DNA of 64,000 nt, from positions 19,222,001 through 19,286,000 of the forward strand of contig CM075988.1 of NCBI GenBank assembly GCA_038087875.1. Direction: 5' to 3'. Under the pieces are notes generated by a model. The model was not told the origin of the DNA and searched no databases. It saw nothing but the letters and a program-made list of their open reading frames with translations. Below, piece by piece: positions 23,721-35,560 of the stretch (position 1 is the stretch's first letter; each line of letters begins with the position of its first letter). The DNA comes from Malacoraja senta. Its lineage: Eukaryota. A program made the translations under genes and the position numbers.

Positions 23721-24404
23721 ATATTGCAAATGAACATGTCACGTATTCCACACGCATGGCTGACCCGCTGAGCTACTCCAGCACTTTGTGTCCAATTTTG
23801 TGAACCAGCATCTGCGGTACCTTGTTTCTCCTTTTCCTGTGATGTTTACCGTGGATTGACTTCGGTAGTGAGGATTTTTAGACAGTTTTGAGTTTTTCTA
23901 GATTTGAGACAATATTTGTTAACAAACAGCCATTTTAGACAAGGTTCTGTATCCCAATTTCAATAAATAGATAGCTTCTGACTGCTTAACCTAGCCATGC
24001 CTCATAAATTTATATACTTTCATCAGGTCTCCCTTCTCGACCTCTTGAGACAGGCATTGAAAGAATACTCTGATATAAACTACATTATTTATGATGTTTT
24101 CATTATAACAGACTCCAAGTGGAATAATATCTGGCCAAGCTTGCAATAAGATTTCTCCCTGGCACCGGTTAATGGTCGACCATATAAACCACATATCCCT
24201 CAGAGTCTTCAACAATAGATAACATCCCAACACAGTATCATCTGATGAGGACCAGCAATGCAGTGTGAACTTCTTATCAGAAGCTTATCTCTGCAACCCA
24301 GTCAGAGATTTGGTTTGTGAGCTGAAAGGTCATATATCATAAGACCTCCCAGAAGTGTTATACTAGTATGTGATGTGTATGTTGGAAAGAACATGTACTA
24401 AGCT

Positions 24405-24715
24405 GGGCAGCACGGTGGCGCAGCGGTAGAGTTGCTGCCTTACAGTGCCAGAGACCCAGGTTTCTATCCAGGCTACGGGTGCTCTCTGTACGGAGTTTGA
24501 ACGTTCTTCCCGTGACCTACGTGGGTTTTCCCCAGGTGCTTCGGTTTCCTTCCACACTCCAAAGACGTTCAGGTTTATAGGTTAATTGGCTTTGGTAAAA
24601 TTGTAAATTGACCCTAGTGTGTAGGAGAGTGTTAGTGTGCGGGGATTGCTGTTCGGCACGAACTCGGTGGGCCGAAGGGCCTGTTTCTTAAACTAAAGCC
24701 TCTATCTCTAAAACT
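24405..24715 (+). mobile_element. HE1/V-type SINE
   Basis: gcacggtggcgcagcggtagagttgctgcc head to gggccgaagggcctgtttc tail. Confidence 0.9.
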
Positions 24716-25857
24716 GAAACTCAAAGCTGCAAATACATGCCATATGTCTTTCATGTTTAAGGAATGAAGGATGGGTTGATCAAACTACACTTGAAGCATT
24801 TACTGCAGAACAGTGAGCGATGATCGATGATGGAATTGGTTTGTTTGTCTGTCAGAATCAGTTCCTGGCTCAGAATATTAATGGTGGAACCCAGCCAGTG
24901 GAATCGAACTATCACCACGTGGGTTTCAAATACAGGAAGGCAGATTAGTGCAAGAAAACAAAATCAAATCACTCGAAAACCTGTATGCAACGTACCTGAC
25001 AGGTGCGGGAAGGTGGGATGCACAGAATCAGATCAAAGGAATTGAGACGTACAGCACAGAAACAGGCCATTCAGCCCATCATGTCCACGTGAATGTATTT
25101 GCCTATCTACACTTATCCCACTTGCATGTATTAGTACTATTGATGCCTATACAACTGCCTGTCTTTATTGTCCTTATGTTTGGGTTGATTGTATTCATAT
25201 ATAGTATTATCTGCTATGACTGGATAGCAGGCAAACAGAAGCTTTTTACTGTATCTCTTATTGCAGTATTGTACAGTATTATTTTACTGTATGTCACATG
25301 ACATTAATAAACCTACACATAAACTTAAATGTCTAAGTGATTCCAACTTATTCCACCACCATCTCTGGCAGTGCATTCCAGATATCATCCACTCTCTGTA
25401 CAAAAATCCTACCCCTCAGATTCACTTGAAAACTCCTTCTTACCTTAAACTCATGCCTTCTTAATTTTGAAACCTCTACCATGGGAAAAGATTCTGACTC
25501 TCCATGCCTCTTATAATTTTATGTATCGCCACAAATATTTGGGCATATTTCACCCGATATAACTTTAAGGATTTAACATTCTCAATATATTCGGAATTGG
25601 GGAAACGATCATTAAAAACACAATTATTTATAATCAGTGCTTGATTTGTGACAGTACACATTAATACAGTGTGCCAGCCCTTCTACACAAATTAAAACCT
25701 AGATTTTCAGATTTTTAGATTTTTTTAGTGTGTGATTATATTTTAGTTTAATAATATGTTTAATGTTTAACACAAGTTAATTTTATACTTTTACATAGGG
25801 GGTTATATTGAAGATAAGAAAATCTGTTGATAAATGTGGCTTAATTTTTAATTAGTA

Positions 25858-26920
25858 CTAGACTAAGTGGGACCCGTGGGGTCCCAGCATCACACAGGAG
25901 GGCTGGTCACCAACGCAATATTCCACCTCTCCACCAATTCCAATATTGCTCGCCAGTGGGGGGGGGGCTTCCTGTTGCGCTAGTATGGGTGTTGCGGGCC
26001 GAAGGTACTGGTTTCCAGAGGGCTAGTATAGACATGTGGGCCGAATGGATTCTTGGGCTGGCAGCCAACTGTTGCAAACGATTTTAAAAGCCAAGCCAAG
26101 GCAAACAATTTGGCTGCAGCCACTCAACAACCAAAATCCATTTTGTGAACACAAACTTTTTAAAAGGCGAGGCAAACAATTTGGCTACAGCCACCTGACA
26201 ACCAAAATTCATTTTGTCAACACAAACTTTTTAAAAAGGCAAGGCAAACAATTGGGCAGCAGCCACCTGACAACCAAAATTCATTTTGTGAACACAAACT
26301 TTTTAAAAAGGCGAGGCAAACAATTGGGCAGCAGCCACCTGACAACCAAAATTCATTTTGTGAACACAAACTTTTTAAAAAGGCGAGGCAAACAATTGGG
26401 CAGCAGCCACCTGACAACCAAAATTCATTTTGTGAACACAAACTTTTTAAAAAGGTGAGGCAAACAATTGGGCAGCAGCCACCTGACAACCAAAATTCAT
26501 TTTGTGAACACAAACTTTTTTAAAAGGCGAGGCAAACAATTGGGCAGCAGCCACTTTACAGCCGCATCGAGGGGACTCACCGTGGAGTAGACGTGCGTTA
26601 AGTGTTATTTGCAGCTCAGAGAGCTGTGACCCTCTCGCTTCCTGGGTCTGGCAGAGACTGAGTGAGGCACTACACTTCCGGGTTTTATAGTCCCTCCCCC
26701 CTGCCGCCAGCGGGGGCAGCAGAGAGAATGACGAATTTTTTAAAGATTAATATCTCTCTGATTTTTCATCGATGGGAAAAATCCTCCGGTCACGGAAGGC
26801 GGAGGGGGGCTCTGAGCGAGGTGGCCAAAGATGACGGCCATAGGTGGCGGCGTTCTCTCGGAAATCGCAGCACACTGGGCCAAAAGCGGTCAAGATCAGA
26901 CTTTTGGTAATATAGATAGA
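25858..26920 (-). mobile_element. Non-autonomous Helitron
   Basis: Minus strand: host A then 5' TCTATCTATATT; 3' hairpin TGGGACCC-cac-GGGTCCCA followed by cttagtCTAG then host T; no TSD. Confidence 0.85.
26100..26554. repeat. 72-bp minisatellite, about 6.3 copies, inside the Helitron
   Basis: Unit ggcaaacaattgggcagcagccacctgacaaccaaaattcattttgtgaacacaaactttttaaaaaggcga starts at 26100, 26171, 26243, 26315, 26387, 26459, 26531. Confidence 0.95.
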
Positions 26921-27019
26921 TGTATACTGGAATAAATTAGTATACAATAAAAAGAGCTGGTCATGAATAAAGATTGCATAGACCTGGGTTGTTTTCTGTT
27001 CAAGAGAGCTGAGGGAAGA

Positions 27020-27348
27020 TGGCTTCCCTCTCTCTCCTTGCCACCCCATTCCTAGTTCTCCGACCAGTCTGACCGTTCCCCTGATTAAATGTTATCTCCG
27101 TATGCTTCTTGTCACCTTCTTGTAGCTAGCAATGATCTACATTTTCCTTGAACTCGTACCCTTTGATGTCTCGTTTTCACACCTTACACTTCCTTATCTC
27201 TGTGTCTCACTCTCCCCTGACTCTCAGCCTGAAGAACGGTCTCGACCCGAAACGTTCCCTCCAGAGATGCTGCCTCTCCCGCTGACTTACTCCAGCATTT
27301 TGTGTCTATCTTCGGTGTAAACCAGCATCTGCAGTTCCTTCCTACACA
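27020..27348 (+). mobile_element. Penelope-like 3' end with hammerhead core
   Basis: CTGAAGA-acggtctcgaccc-GAAACGTT at about 27229-27256; ends aaccagcatctgcagttccttcctacaca. Confidence 0.75.
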
Positions 27349-27712
27349 TGAAATTAACTGTTGAGTATATGACCATACGAACTGTTTAAAACAATGCCTT
27401 CAGCCAAGATTCTGCAGATTGAAAGATCCCATTGAATCCTCTGGATTTATCCATGCAAGAATAGGCTTTAAAAGCTCTTGTGCAATGTTGCTAAAGGCCC
27501 AGGTGTAGTGAGAGCAGAGAGATGGCAAGATGTGAGACTGATTGTTGAACCAGCACCTTCGCTCAATGAGATGAAAAGATTGGGAAATGGTTGATTGGGA
27601 GCGTATATGATTTCAACCTCAAATCGTGCACATGGAAATAAATCAAAAGAATGGAAAGTAAAGTATAAATAATGAGGGAGCAAGAAAAAAAAGATATATT
27701 CATTTGGACAGG

Positions 27713-27885
27713 TGAATGAATGAATGAATGAATGAATGAATGAATGAATAAGTTTATTGGCCAAGTATATTCACATACAAGGAATTTGCCTTGGTGCTCT
27801 GCCCACAAGTGACAACATGACATACAGTGACAGTTAGGAATGACACATAAAACATTAAACATTAATAATAAAACATTAATAATAA
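27713..27885 (-). mobile_element. Rex1 LINE 3' UTR with (CATT)n tail
   Basis: Reverse complement closely matches 53640-53775; (gaat)n at 27713-27749. Confidence 0.8.
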
Positions 27886-28891
27886 ATGCATGGATAGGAA
27901 AGGTTTATAGGAATATGGACCAAATGCAGGCATGAGTGGTCATTGCGGAGAAGAGGGGAGTGGAGAGATCAGTTAGAGGTTATCTAAAATTGGAGAATTC
28001 AATGTTCATACCATTGGGTTAAAAGCTCCAGCACTTTCTGTTTTGCTCAAGATTCCACCATCTGCAATTCCTTGTTTCTCCGACCTGACGGAAGAGTAGC
28101 ACAATGAGTCCTGTCCACAGGACCTTATTACAACTTGTACTCCCAACCTTCACTCACCGCGGTGCCTCAATATTCCTAAGCAGCTTCTCTCCACAGCAAA
28201 ATCTGGGCCATAATTGCCTTTCATTGCCACTTGGTCTTAATGAACTCCCTCCCTTCACCACACTGACTGCAGCAATCAAGACGGCAACTCCTCAAGACCA
28301 ATTAAAGATGGGCAACGAACACTGGCCCTGGCACCAATGCCCACAGACCGTGCAACTAATTTAGAAATATACGGAGCCACAGCTTGCTGAGCAGCAAGTT
28401 TTAATGAAAGGTCACTGACCTGAGACGCTAACTCTGTTTCTCCTTCCAATTAGATGTCACACTGACTTTTTCATTTTGAATGTGATTGTTAAGGTCAATT
28501 GGAGGCTGCTGGCATTCTGATCTTTTTCACTGCACATTTACAGTTGCAGGAAGATAGAACTTGCTGCAGGTTGCAAATAATTAGGTTTCTTTCTTTGTTA
28601 TTAATTATTTTTAAAGTTTCAGTCCAAGTCTCTGCTCGCGGGGCAGCAATGAGAGAGAACGTGGTGATTCTGTTGATCAGAGTTGACTCCACATGACTTT
28701 GGCTTTACTAAGTGCAGTCTTTCCTAGGAAGGAGATATCTGCATTTCAGTCAGTTCCGCTCCAGTCCCTGAATCAGGCAGCTCTCTGCCGCAGTCCCACT
28801 TCACTAGGCCAAGGACAAAATGGGGACACAGAAAAAGTTCCTCATGGATAAGTATTATGTATTTGTACACTGTGGATGGCTCGGTTGTAAT

Positions 28892-30310
28892 GTGTAGGAA
28901 GGAACTGCAGATAGATTCAAAATGCTGGAGTAATTCAGCGGAACAGGCAGCATCTCTGGATAGCAGGAATGTGTGATGTTTTGGGTCGAGACCCTTCTTC
29001 AGACTGAGTCAGGGGAGAGGGAGACACAGAGATAAGGACGTCAGGTGTGAGAATGGGACATCAAAGGGGATGAGGCTCAAGGAGATTGTCAAGTCAAGTC
29101 AAGTCACATTTATTTATATAGCACATTTAAAAAACAACTCTCGTTGGCCAAAGTGCTTTACATTTGTTATAAGAATAGCACAAACAAAACAAACTACATA
29201 CATATATACATGTAGCCCTCACTCAGAGGACGTCAGGAAACGCTTGGGAGTATAGATAAGTCTTTAGTCTTGACTTAAAAGAGTCGATGGAGGGGGCAAT
29301 TCTGATGGGAAAGGCGATGCTGTTCCACAGTCTAGGAGCTGCAACCGCAAAGGCGCGGTCGCCCCTGAGCTTATGCCTAGACCGTGGGATATTCAGCAAC
29401 CCCAAGTCGGCCGATCTGAGGGGCCTGGAGGTGGAGTGGTGGGTGAGAAGACTTTTTATGTAGGTGGGGGCAAGCTCATTGAGGGCTTTGTAGACATGGA
29501 GGAGGATCTTGAAGTTTATACGGAACCGCACAGGGAGCCAGTGGAGAGAGGCCAGGATCGGGGTGATGTGGTCCCTTTTTCAGGTGCCCGTCAGGAGTCT
29601 CGCTGCGGCGTTTTGGACCAGTTGCAGGCGGGACAAGGAAGATTGGCTGATGCCAGTGTAAAGGGAGTTGCAGTAATCTAGGCAGGAGAAGATGAATGTG
29701 TGGATGATCTTTTCGAGGTCATCAAACTGGAGGAATTGTTTTATTTTAGCTATCGTCCGAAGCTGAAAGAAGCTAGCTTTTACCACGGCATTGACTTGTT
29801 TGTCAAATTTCAATGCTGAGTCAAATATCACGCCAAGGTTGTTGACGTGAGGTTTGAGTAGTGGGGTAAGGCTTCCAAGGCTGCCTGCTATCATTTTGAT
29901 TGAGTCCGAGGGGCTGAGAAGGATGACCTCAGACTTACTCTCGTTTAGTTGGAGGAAGTTCTGGGCCATCCAACACTTTATATCATCGAGGCAGTGGGTA
30001 CGGTTAAGCAGATTTGATTGGTTTTGGGGCTTCAGGGGGAGAGAGAATAGCTCATCGTTAGCTCGGAGAATTGTAGAATAGCTCATCGTTAGCTCGGAGA
30101 AGGTCATGCTGGTTTACACCAAAGATAGACACAAAATGCTGGAGTAACTCAGCGGAACAGGCAGCATCTCTGAGAGAAGGAGTGGGTGATGTTTCGGGTC
30201 GACACCAAAAACGACCGAGACTGAACAAGGGTCTCGACCCAAAATGTCACGCATTCCTTCTCTCCAGAGATGCTGCCTGTCCCGCTGAGATACTCCAGCA
30301 TTTTGTGTCT
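28892..30310. mobile_element. Penelope-like terminal repeat split by the L2 insertion, followed by a fold-back copy (about 30107-30310)
   Basis: gtaggaaggaactgcagat...gagacccttcttcagact before the L2; atagacacaaaatgctggagt / actccagcattttgtgtctat arms after it. Confidence 0.7.
29088..30043 (-). mobile_element. L2-clade LINE, 5'-truncated, well preserved
   Basis: ORFs 29580-30107 and 29223-29531 in one frame separated by a single stop: WMAQNFLQLNESKSE, NLGVIFDS, LDYCNSL, LQLVQNAAARLLTG, GDRAFAVAAPRLWNS, FKSRLKTYLY; aataaa plus (ttgac)n tail. Confidence 0.92.
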
Positions 30311-30549
30311 ATGCTAGTTTGCAATCATCTATTGCTTTCAGCTGACTGATTGGCACGCAAACAAAAGCTTTTCACGGTACCTCAGTATACATGACAATGA
30401 ACTAAACTCAAACTTAAAGGGCTGGCCCACAAATTAAAATTATGAATTTTGCAGGCCAACATAGATGGTAGCAGACAGGAACTTGCTAAAGTTGATTGGA
30501 GAAGGTTGTTTGCAGCCAAAAGACTGTCTGGAATTTTTTTTTTTTTTTA

Positions 30550-31120
30550 AGTGTGATGACAAGAGTTCAGGCCAAGTATGGTCCTGTTAGAATGAAGGGT
30601 GGGGCAGGTGGGAGTAAAGAAGCTTGTAGGATGAGAGAAAATGAGGCTCTGGTCAGGAAAAAGAAGGAGGCATGGGACAGATATAGGTAGCTGGGATGAG
30701 TGTATCCCTGGAGCAATATCAGGAACCAAGGAGCATACTTGTCAGGAGGGCAAAAAGGGGACAGGAGATAGCTCGAGTAACTAATATTAAGGAAAGTTCA
30801 AAGAGATTTTATGTACATTGAGAGAGGATAACTCGAGGGCTTCTCACAAGCTACAGTGGTCAACTCAGTGTAAAACCTCAGGAGATGGGCAAAGTCTTCA
30901 CTGAGTATGTCTTCTCTGTCCACTCCACAAGGTGGTGAATCTATGGAATTCATCACCACAGAAGGCTGTGGAGGCAAAGTCAATGGATATTTTTAAGGCA
31001 GAGGTAGATAGATTCTTGATTAGTACGGGTGGCAGGGGTTATGGGGAGAAGGCAGGAGAATGGGGTTAGGAGGCAGAGATTGATTGGCAGAGTAAACTTG
31101 ATGGGCCGAATGGCTTCTAT
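30550..31120 (+). mobile_element. CR1 LINE internal and 3' fragments
   Basis: EALVRKKKEAWDRYR inter-domain region; ggtggtgaatctatggaattc and gggccgaatggc 3' end. Confidence 0.7.
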
Positions 31121-31189
31121 CACTTATGTTCCTCCAGTGCCCTGTTGTTGTGCGCTACAGTCAAAATCCAGGTTGACTATCTGGTGCAG

Positions 31190-31520
31190 TTCTGGGCAAG
31201 GATTGCACTCTGATATGATGACTTTCACATGAGATGTTAAACCAAGGCCTTCTCTACGTTCTCCGAGGGATGTGAAAGATTGTACAGTACTATTGTGTTG
31301 AAAAGCAAGAGAACTCTCCCTCACCTCCTGATCAATAGGCAATCGATGTTTCCAAATCGAACATCCACCACCATCCGTTGCCATCTGTGGGTCCTGGATG
31401 TCCACTGATTGGCTTCACTGTTTCCTAAATGATAAGAGTGACTGCACTGCAGAAGTTCTTGATTAGATGGGCAACACGTTAGTATTCCTGAAAGAGATGT
31501 GGGTGTTGCTATGGAGCTGC
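31190..31520 (+). mobile_element. Old Deu-domain SINE (SacSINE1/AmnSINE-like)
   Basis: atgagatgttaaaccaaggcc, gatgtgaaagat..cagtactat, aagcaagagaactctccc, gtgactgcactgcagaagt resemble the Deu-SINE consensus as I recall it. Confidence 0.6.
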
Positions 31521-31589
31521 ACGTCCTTCCCTTTCACCAGCTAACGGGACTAATCATGCAGACTCTCCTTGAAAGAACTGGCTGTTTCT

Positions 31590-31789
31590 NNNNNNNNNNN
31601 NNNNNNNNNNNNNNNNNNNNNNNNNNNNNNNNNNNNNNNNNNNNNNNNNNNNNNNNNNNNNNNNNNNNNNNNNNNNNNNNNNNNNNNNNNNNNNNNNNNN
31701 NNNNNNNNNNNNNNNNNNNNNNNNNNNNNNNNNNNNNNNNNNNNNNNNNNNNNNNNNNNNNNNNNNNNNNNNNNNNNNNNNNNNNNNNN
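31590..31789. other. Assembly gap (200 N)
   Basis: Run of N. Confidence 1.
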
Positions 31790-32259
31790 ACATTGTCACT
31801 TCAGTCCATTGCTCTGCAGATTACCTGGTGACCGGGCAAGTGAGATGGAGGTACTGCGATACCAATTAAATCACAGCGTCGTAATCAGGCAGACGAGAAA
31901 ATCTCATCAAGCCAAACATTTCTTCAAGACCAGATTAATTGCAGGAGCTTTACACAGAATTACCTCCACTTTCTCTCAATGTAATTTGGAGGCACTGAGC
32001 CAGATAGAGATTTAATCAAAGCCACATTTGGATCTGATAAAACAAAGCCTTAAATGGAGTCACCCATTTACCCATCTTAACAATGCTAATCTTGTCGATA
32101 GCCCTCACAACGTCCAACAGCCCACACGTTCCAGTCTAAATGGAAATCAATTGAATCCTAAATATATTTGACTCATTCTGTTCTCCAGCAATGTTGTAAA
32201 GCAAGCCAACAAAGGGTTTACAAATTCTGACCCCTTACGTCAGTTTTCTTTCTTGGATG

Positions 32260-32602
32260 AAATAGATAGGGTGATTCACAGAGTCTCTTACCAGGTTAAA
32301 GGAATCAAGGGGGACTCGAGGACACAGGTTTAAGGTGAGAGGAGAAAGATTTAATAGGAACCTGAGGGGCAACTTTTTCACACAAAGGCTGGTGGGTGTA
32401 TGGAACGAGCTGCCAGAGGAGGTAGTTGAGGCTGGTTCAATAATAACAGTTTAAAAGACATTTGGGTAATTGCATGGGTAGGAATGTTTTGAAGGGATAT
32501 GGGCCCGACGAAGGCAAATGGGATAAGCATAGATGGGACATTTTGGTTGTCATGGATGAGATGGGCCGAAGGGCCTGTTTCCCATGCTTTATATCTCTAT
32601 GA
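32260..32602 (+). mobile_element. CR1 LINE 3' fragment
   Basis: tttaaggtgagaggagaaagatttaataggaacctgaggggcaac...gggccgaagggcctgtttcc. Confidence 0.85.
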
Positions 32603-33099
32603 AATGACCAGTTCAGTCTAATCACCAATCATTCTACATCTTCACTTGCAACAACCTTGAAAGTAAACATAACTGAACAGAAAATGATAAAATCACTGGT
32701 GAGTCATCCAGACAAATTGCAAGTGCTCTTGGTAACTCATTAATAACATTGCAAGGAGGATAGTGGATGACTTGAAATAATGATTGAAAACTGGAAATTC
32801 TGAAATAAATCCATATGGTAGGCAGAACTGCCCAAAAGAATTTATGCAACAAAGTACTTAAAAGCAAAGGACTTAATCAAAGTTTGTGGGATTAATAAAA
32901 TCAAAAGGAAATGTAAGTCAACGAATGTTAAACCACAGAATCAATTTGTTTTGTTTTAGTATTGATGGATTTGGCTTTTCTTTAAATTGCAGAACAAAAG
33001 AGATGGATGCAGCATCGGAGTTTCTGATGCACTAACAAAGCGTGGAGCAGTGGGAAAGATGAGATGAATGCAGATCACTGGAGCATCAGCCTGCACATC

Positions 33100-33745
33100 T
33101 GATTTCATAACAAGAGGAGTTGAGTCTGGGAGCAAAGAAAGTCCTTCTGCAGTTGTACAGAGCCCTAATGAGGCCACACCTTGGAGTATTGTGTGCAGTT
33201 TTGGTCTCCAAATCTGAGGAAGGACATTCTTGCTATTGAGGGAGTGCAGCGTAGGTTTACAAGGTTAATTCCCGGGATGGCGGGACTGTCATGTGCTGAG
33301 AGAATGGAGCGGCTTGGCTTGTATACTCTGGAATTTAGAAGGATGAGAGTGGATCTTATTAAAACATATAAGATTATTAAGGGTTTGGACACGCTAGAGG
33401 CAGGAAACATGTTCCCGATGTTGGGGGAGTCCAGAACCAGGGGCCACAGTTTAAGAATAAGGGGGTAAGCCATTTAGAACAGAGATGAGGAAACACTTTT
33501 TCACACAGAGAGTTGTGAGTTTGTGGAATTCTCTGCTTCGGCAGTGGAGGCCGGTTCTCTGGATACTTTCAAGAGAGAGCTAAATAGGGCTCTTAAGAAA
33601 GCGGAGTCAGGGGAAATGGGGAGAAGGCAGGAACGGGGGTACTGATTGTGGATGATCGGCCATGATCACATTGAATGGCGGTGCTGGCTTGAAGGGCCGA
33701 ATGGCCTACTCCTGCACCTTTTGAATATTGTCTGTTGTCTATTGA
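33100..33745 (+). mobile_element. CR1 LINE 3' end (RT C-terminus and UTR)
   Basis: ORF 33181-33468 EYCVQFWSPNLRKDILAIEGVQRRFTRLIPGM...RTRGHSLRIRG; ctattg-type tail. Confidence 0.95.
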
Positions 33746-33859
33746 TCTGGAGAGGATAAGTGCGTTGCTTCCAATTTCTCATCCGTCAAGTCAGCAGCTA
33801 GCTCTCGGGGCCGAGATTTAGGGAACTTACACCCAGCGGCATGAACTGCTCTCTGTGTA

Positions 33860-34150
33860 ACAAAATGGCCCCACACATCTCCTCTAATCTCCTCTAAAAT
33901 TTGCACCTCTCATCTTAAAACAATGCCCTCTAGTCTTTGACATTTCCACCCTGGGAAAAGGAGTCTGACAGTCTAATCTCTCATGATTTTATAAACTGCT
34001 ATCATCTCCCCTCTCAGCCTCTGACTCTCACAGAGAAAACAATCCATGTTTGTCCAACCTCTCCTTTTAGCTAATACCCACTAATCGAGGAAGCATTCTG
34101 GTGAACCTCTTCTGCACCCTCTCCAAAGCCTCCACATCCTTTGGGTGATA
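33860..34150 (-). mobile_element. CR1 LINE fragment
   Basis: gcattctggtgaacctcttctgcaccctctccaaagcc (reverse of ALERVQKRFTRML). Confidence 0.75.
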
Positions 34151-34451
34151 CAACTGCAAGCATACACTGACAGACGTCATGCCAATTGTAAAATGGCATC
34201 TCTAGTGTGAAACCCTCGTTAGTAATGGGCCAGACTACCAGCCCGTCTTAAATACTTCAAGCTGTGGTGCGGAAAGTGAACCCACAGCAGCCTGACTCAG
34301 GCACAGCTGTTATTGAGCCACACTTAAATCACAATTAATCATTCAGGCAGCAATGTTAATCTTGTGAAAACCTAGGGATCTATAAATAGAACTTGGGTAC
34401 AAGAGACAGGAACAGCTATAATGATCTTGGCAGAAGAACTGATATTGAGCC

Positions 34452-34631
34452 AAAAAAAAGAAACAAAATGCTTGAGGAACTCAGTGGGTCAGGCAGCATC
34501 TCTGGAGAACATGATAGGTGATGTTTCGGGTCTGGACCCTTCTTCAGACTGATGCCGCCTGACACGCTGAGTTACTCCAGTACTTTGTACCTTATTTCAT
34601 AAACCAGCATTTGCAGTTCCTTGTGTCTACA
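34452..34631. mobile_element. Penelope-like fold-back insertion
   Basis: 12-bp TSD tgatattgagcc at 34440-34451 and 34632-34643; inverted arms. Confidence 0.8.
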
Positions 34632-34904
34632 TGATATTGAGCCGCACTTTTTTTGCAGTAGGGCATCAAACCAGAATCGACATTTGTTACACTTGGTCAG
34701 GCTTATTTTGCTCTGTAATGTCTTGGAATCAGTATCAAGGTAATTCTCTGTTCTGGTCTCCAAGTGGGGGTGGAATTTCACACTGGGACATCAAGGATCT
34801 TGTTAACTGTCCTCGATCCTCTACTTGTCCAGACCAGATACTTCCATTTAATTTGGAAAGGATCAAAGGGGTATGTAAAGCATGCTTATGGAATGTCCCA
34901 TCTT

Positions 34905-35216
34905 TTAGTTTAGTTTTAGTTTAGAGATACAGCGCTGAAACAGGCCCTTCGGCCCACCGAGTTCGTGCTCACCAGCGATCCCCGCACACACTTAATACTA
35001 TCCTACACACAGAGACAATGACCATTTTTTTAACCCAAGCCAATTAACCTAAAAGCCCATATGTCTTTGGTGTGTGAGAGGAAACCGAGCACCTGGAGAA
35101 AACCCACGCAGGTCATGGGGTGAACGTACAAACTCCGTTATGACAGCACCCATAGTCAGAATCGAACCCGGGTATCTGTAATACATCAACTCTATCGCTG
35201 CGCCACCATGCCACCC
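34905..35216 (-). mobile_element. HE1/V-type SINE
   Basis: (tttag)n tail, aacaggcccttcggcccaccgag, caactctatcgctgcgccacc. Confidence 0.9.
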
Positions 35217-35560
35217 CACATATCTCCAGGGGATAAGTGTTGATTAAGTTGATTAGTTAATTAAAATCATTCTGGTAACTACTATATTTCCAGGAAGACA
35301 AATTAAACACTCATAGTTTGCTACCCCTGAGAGTTCTAATCAGGAGAATAAGCAAAATAATTTAAAATAAGTAGAGGTATTGACTGGTCTCTCATCTACA
35401 ATCCAGGTACCTGCATGTTTGCTGTTAGTCTTGTTTAGTTGGTAGAACCTTCCCGGAGTATTTTTTTTCATCGGACATGGTTGTGATGCCAGAAGAAATG
35501 GTTGATATGCCTGAGGATGACAAAATAACAGCATTGTACATCTTAGGATGTCTTGGTTAG

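Noticed and set aside
26036..26554. Regular repeat array as CRISPR, or its 140-aa ORF as a repeat protein
   Set aside because: Units are head-to-tail with no unique spacers, there are no cas genes and the context is eukaryotic; the ORF is a by-product of a 72-bp unit inside a Helitron.
31499..32015. ORFs spanning the first N run
   Set aside because: Artefacts of translating an assembly gap.
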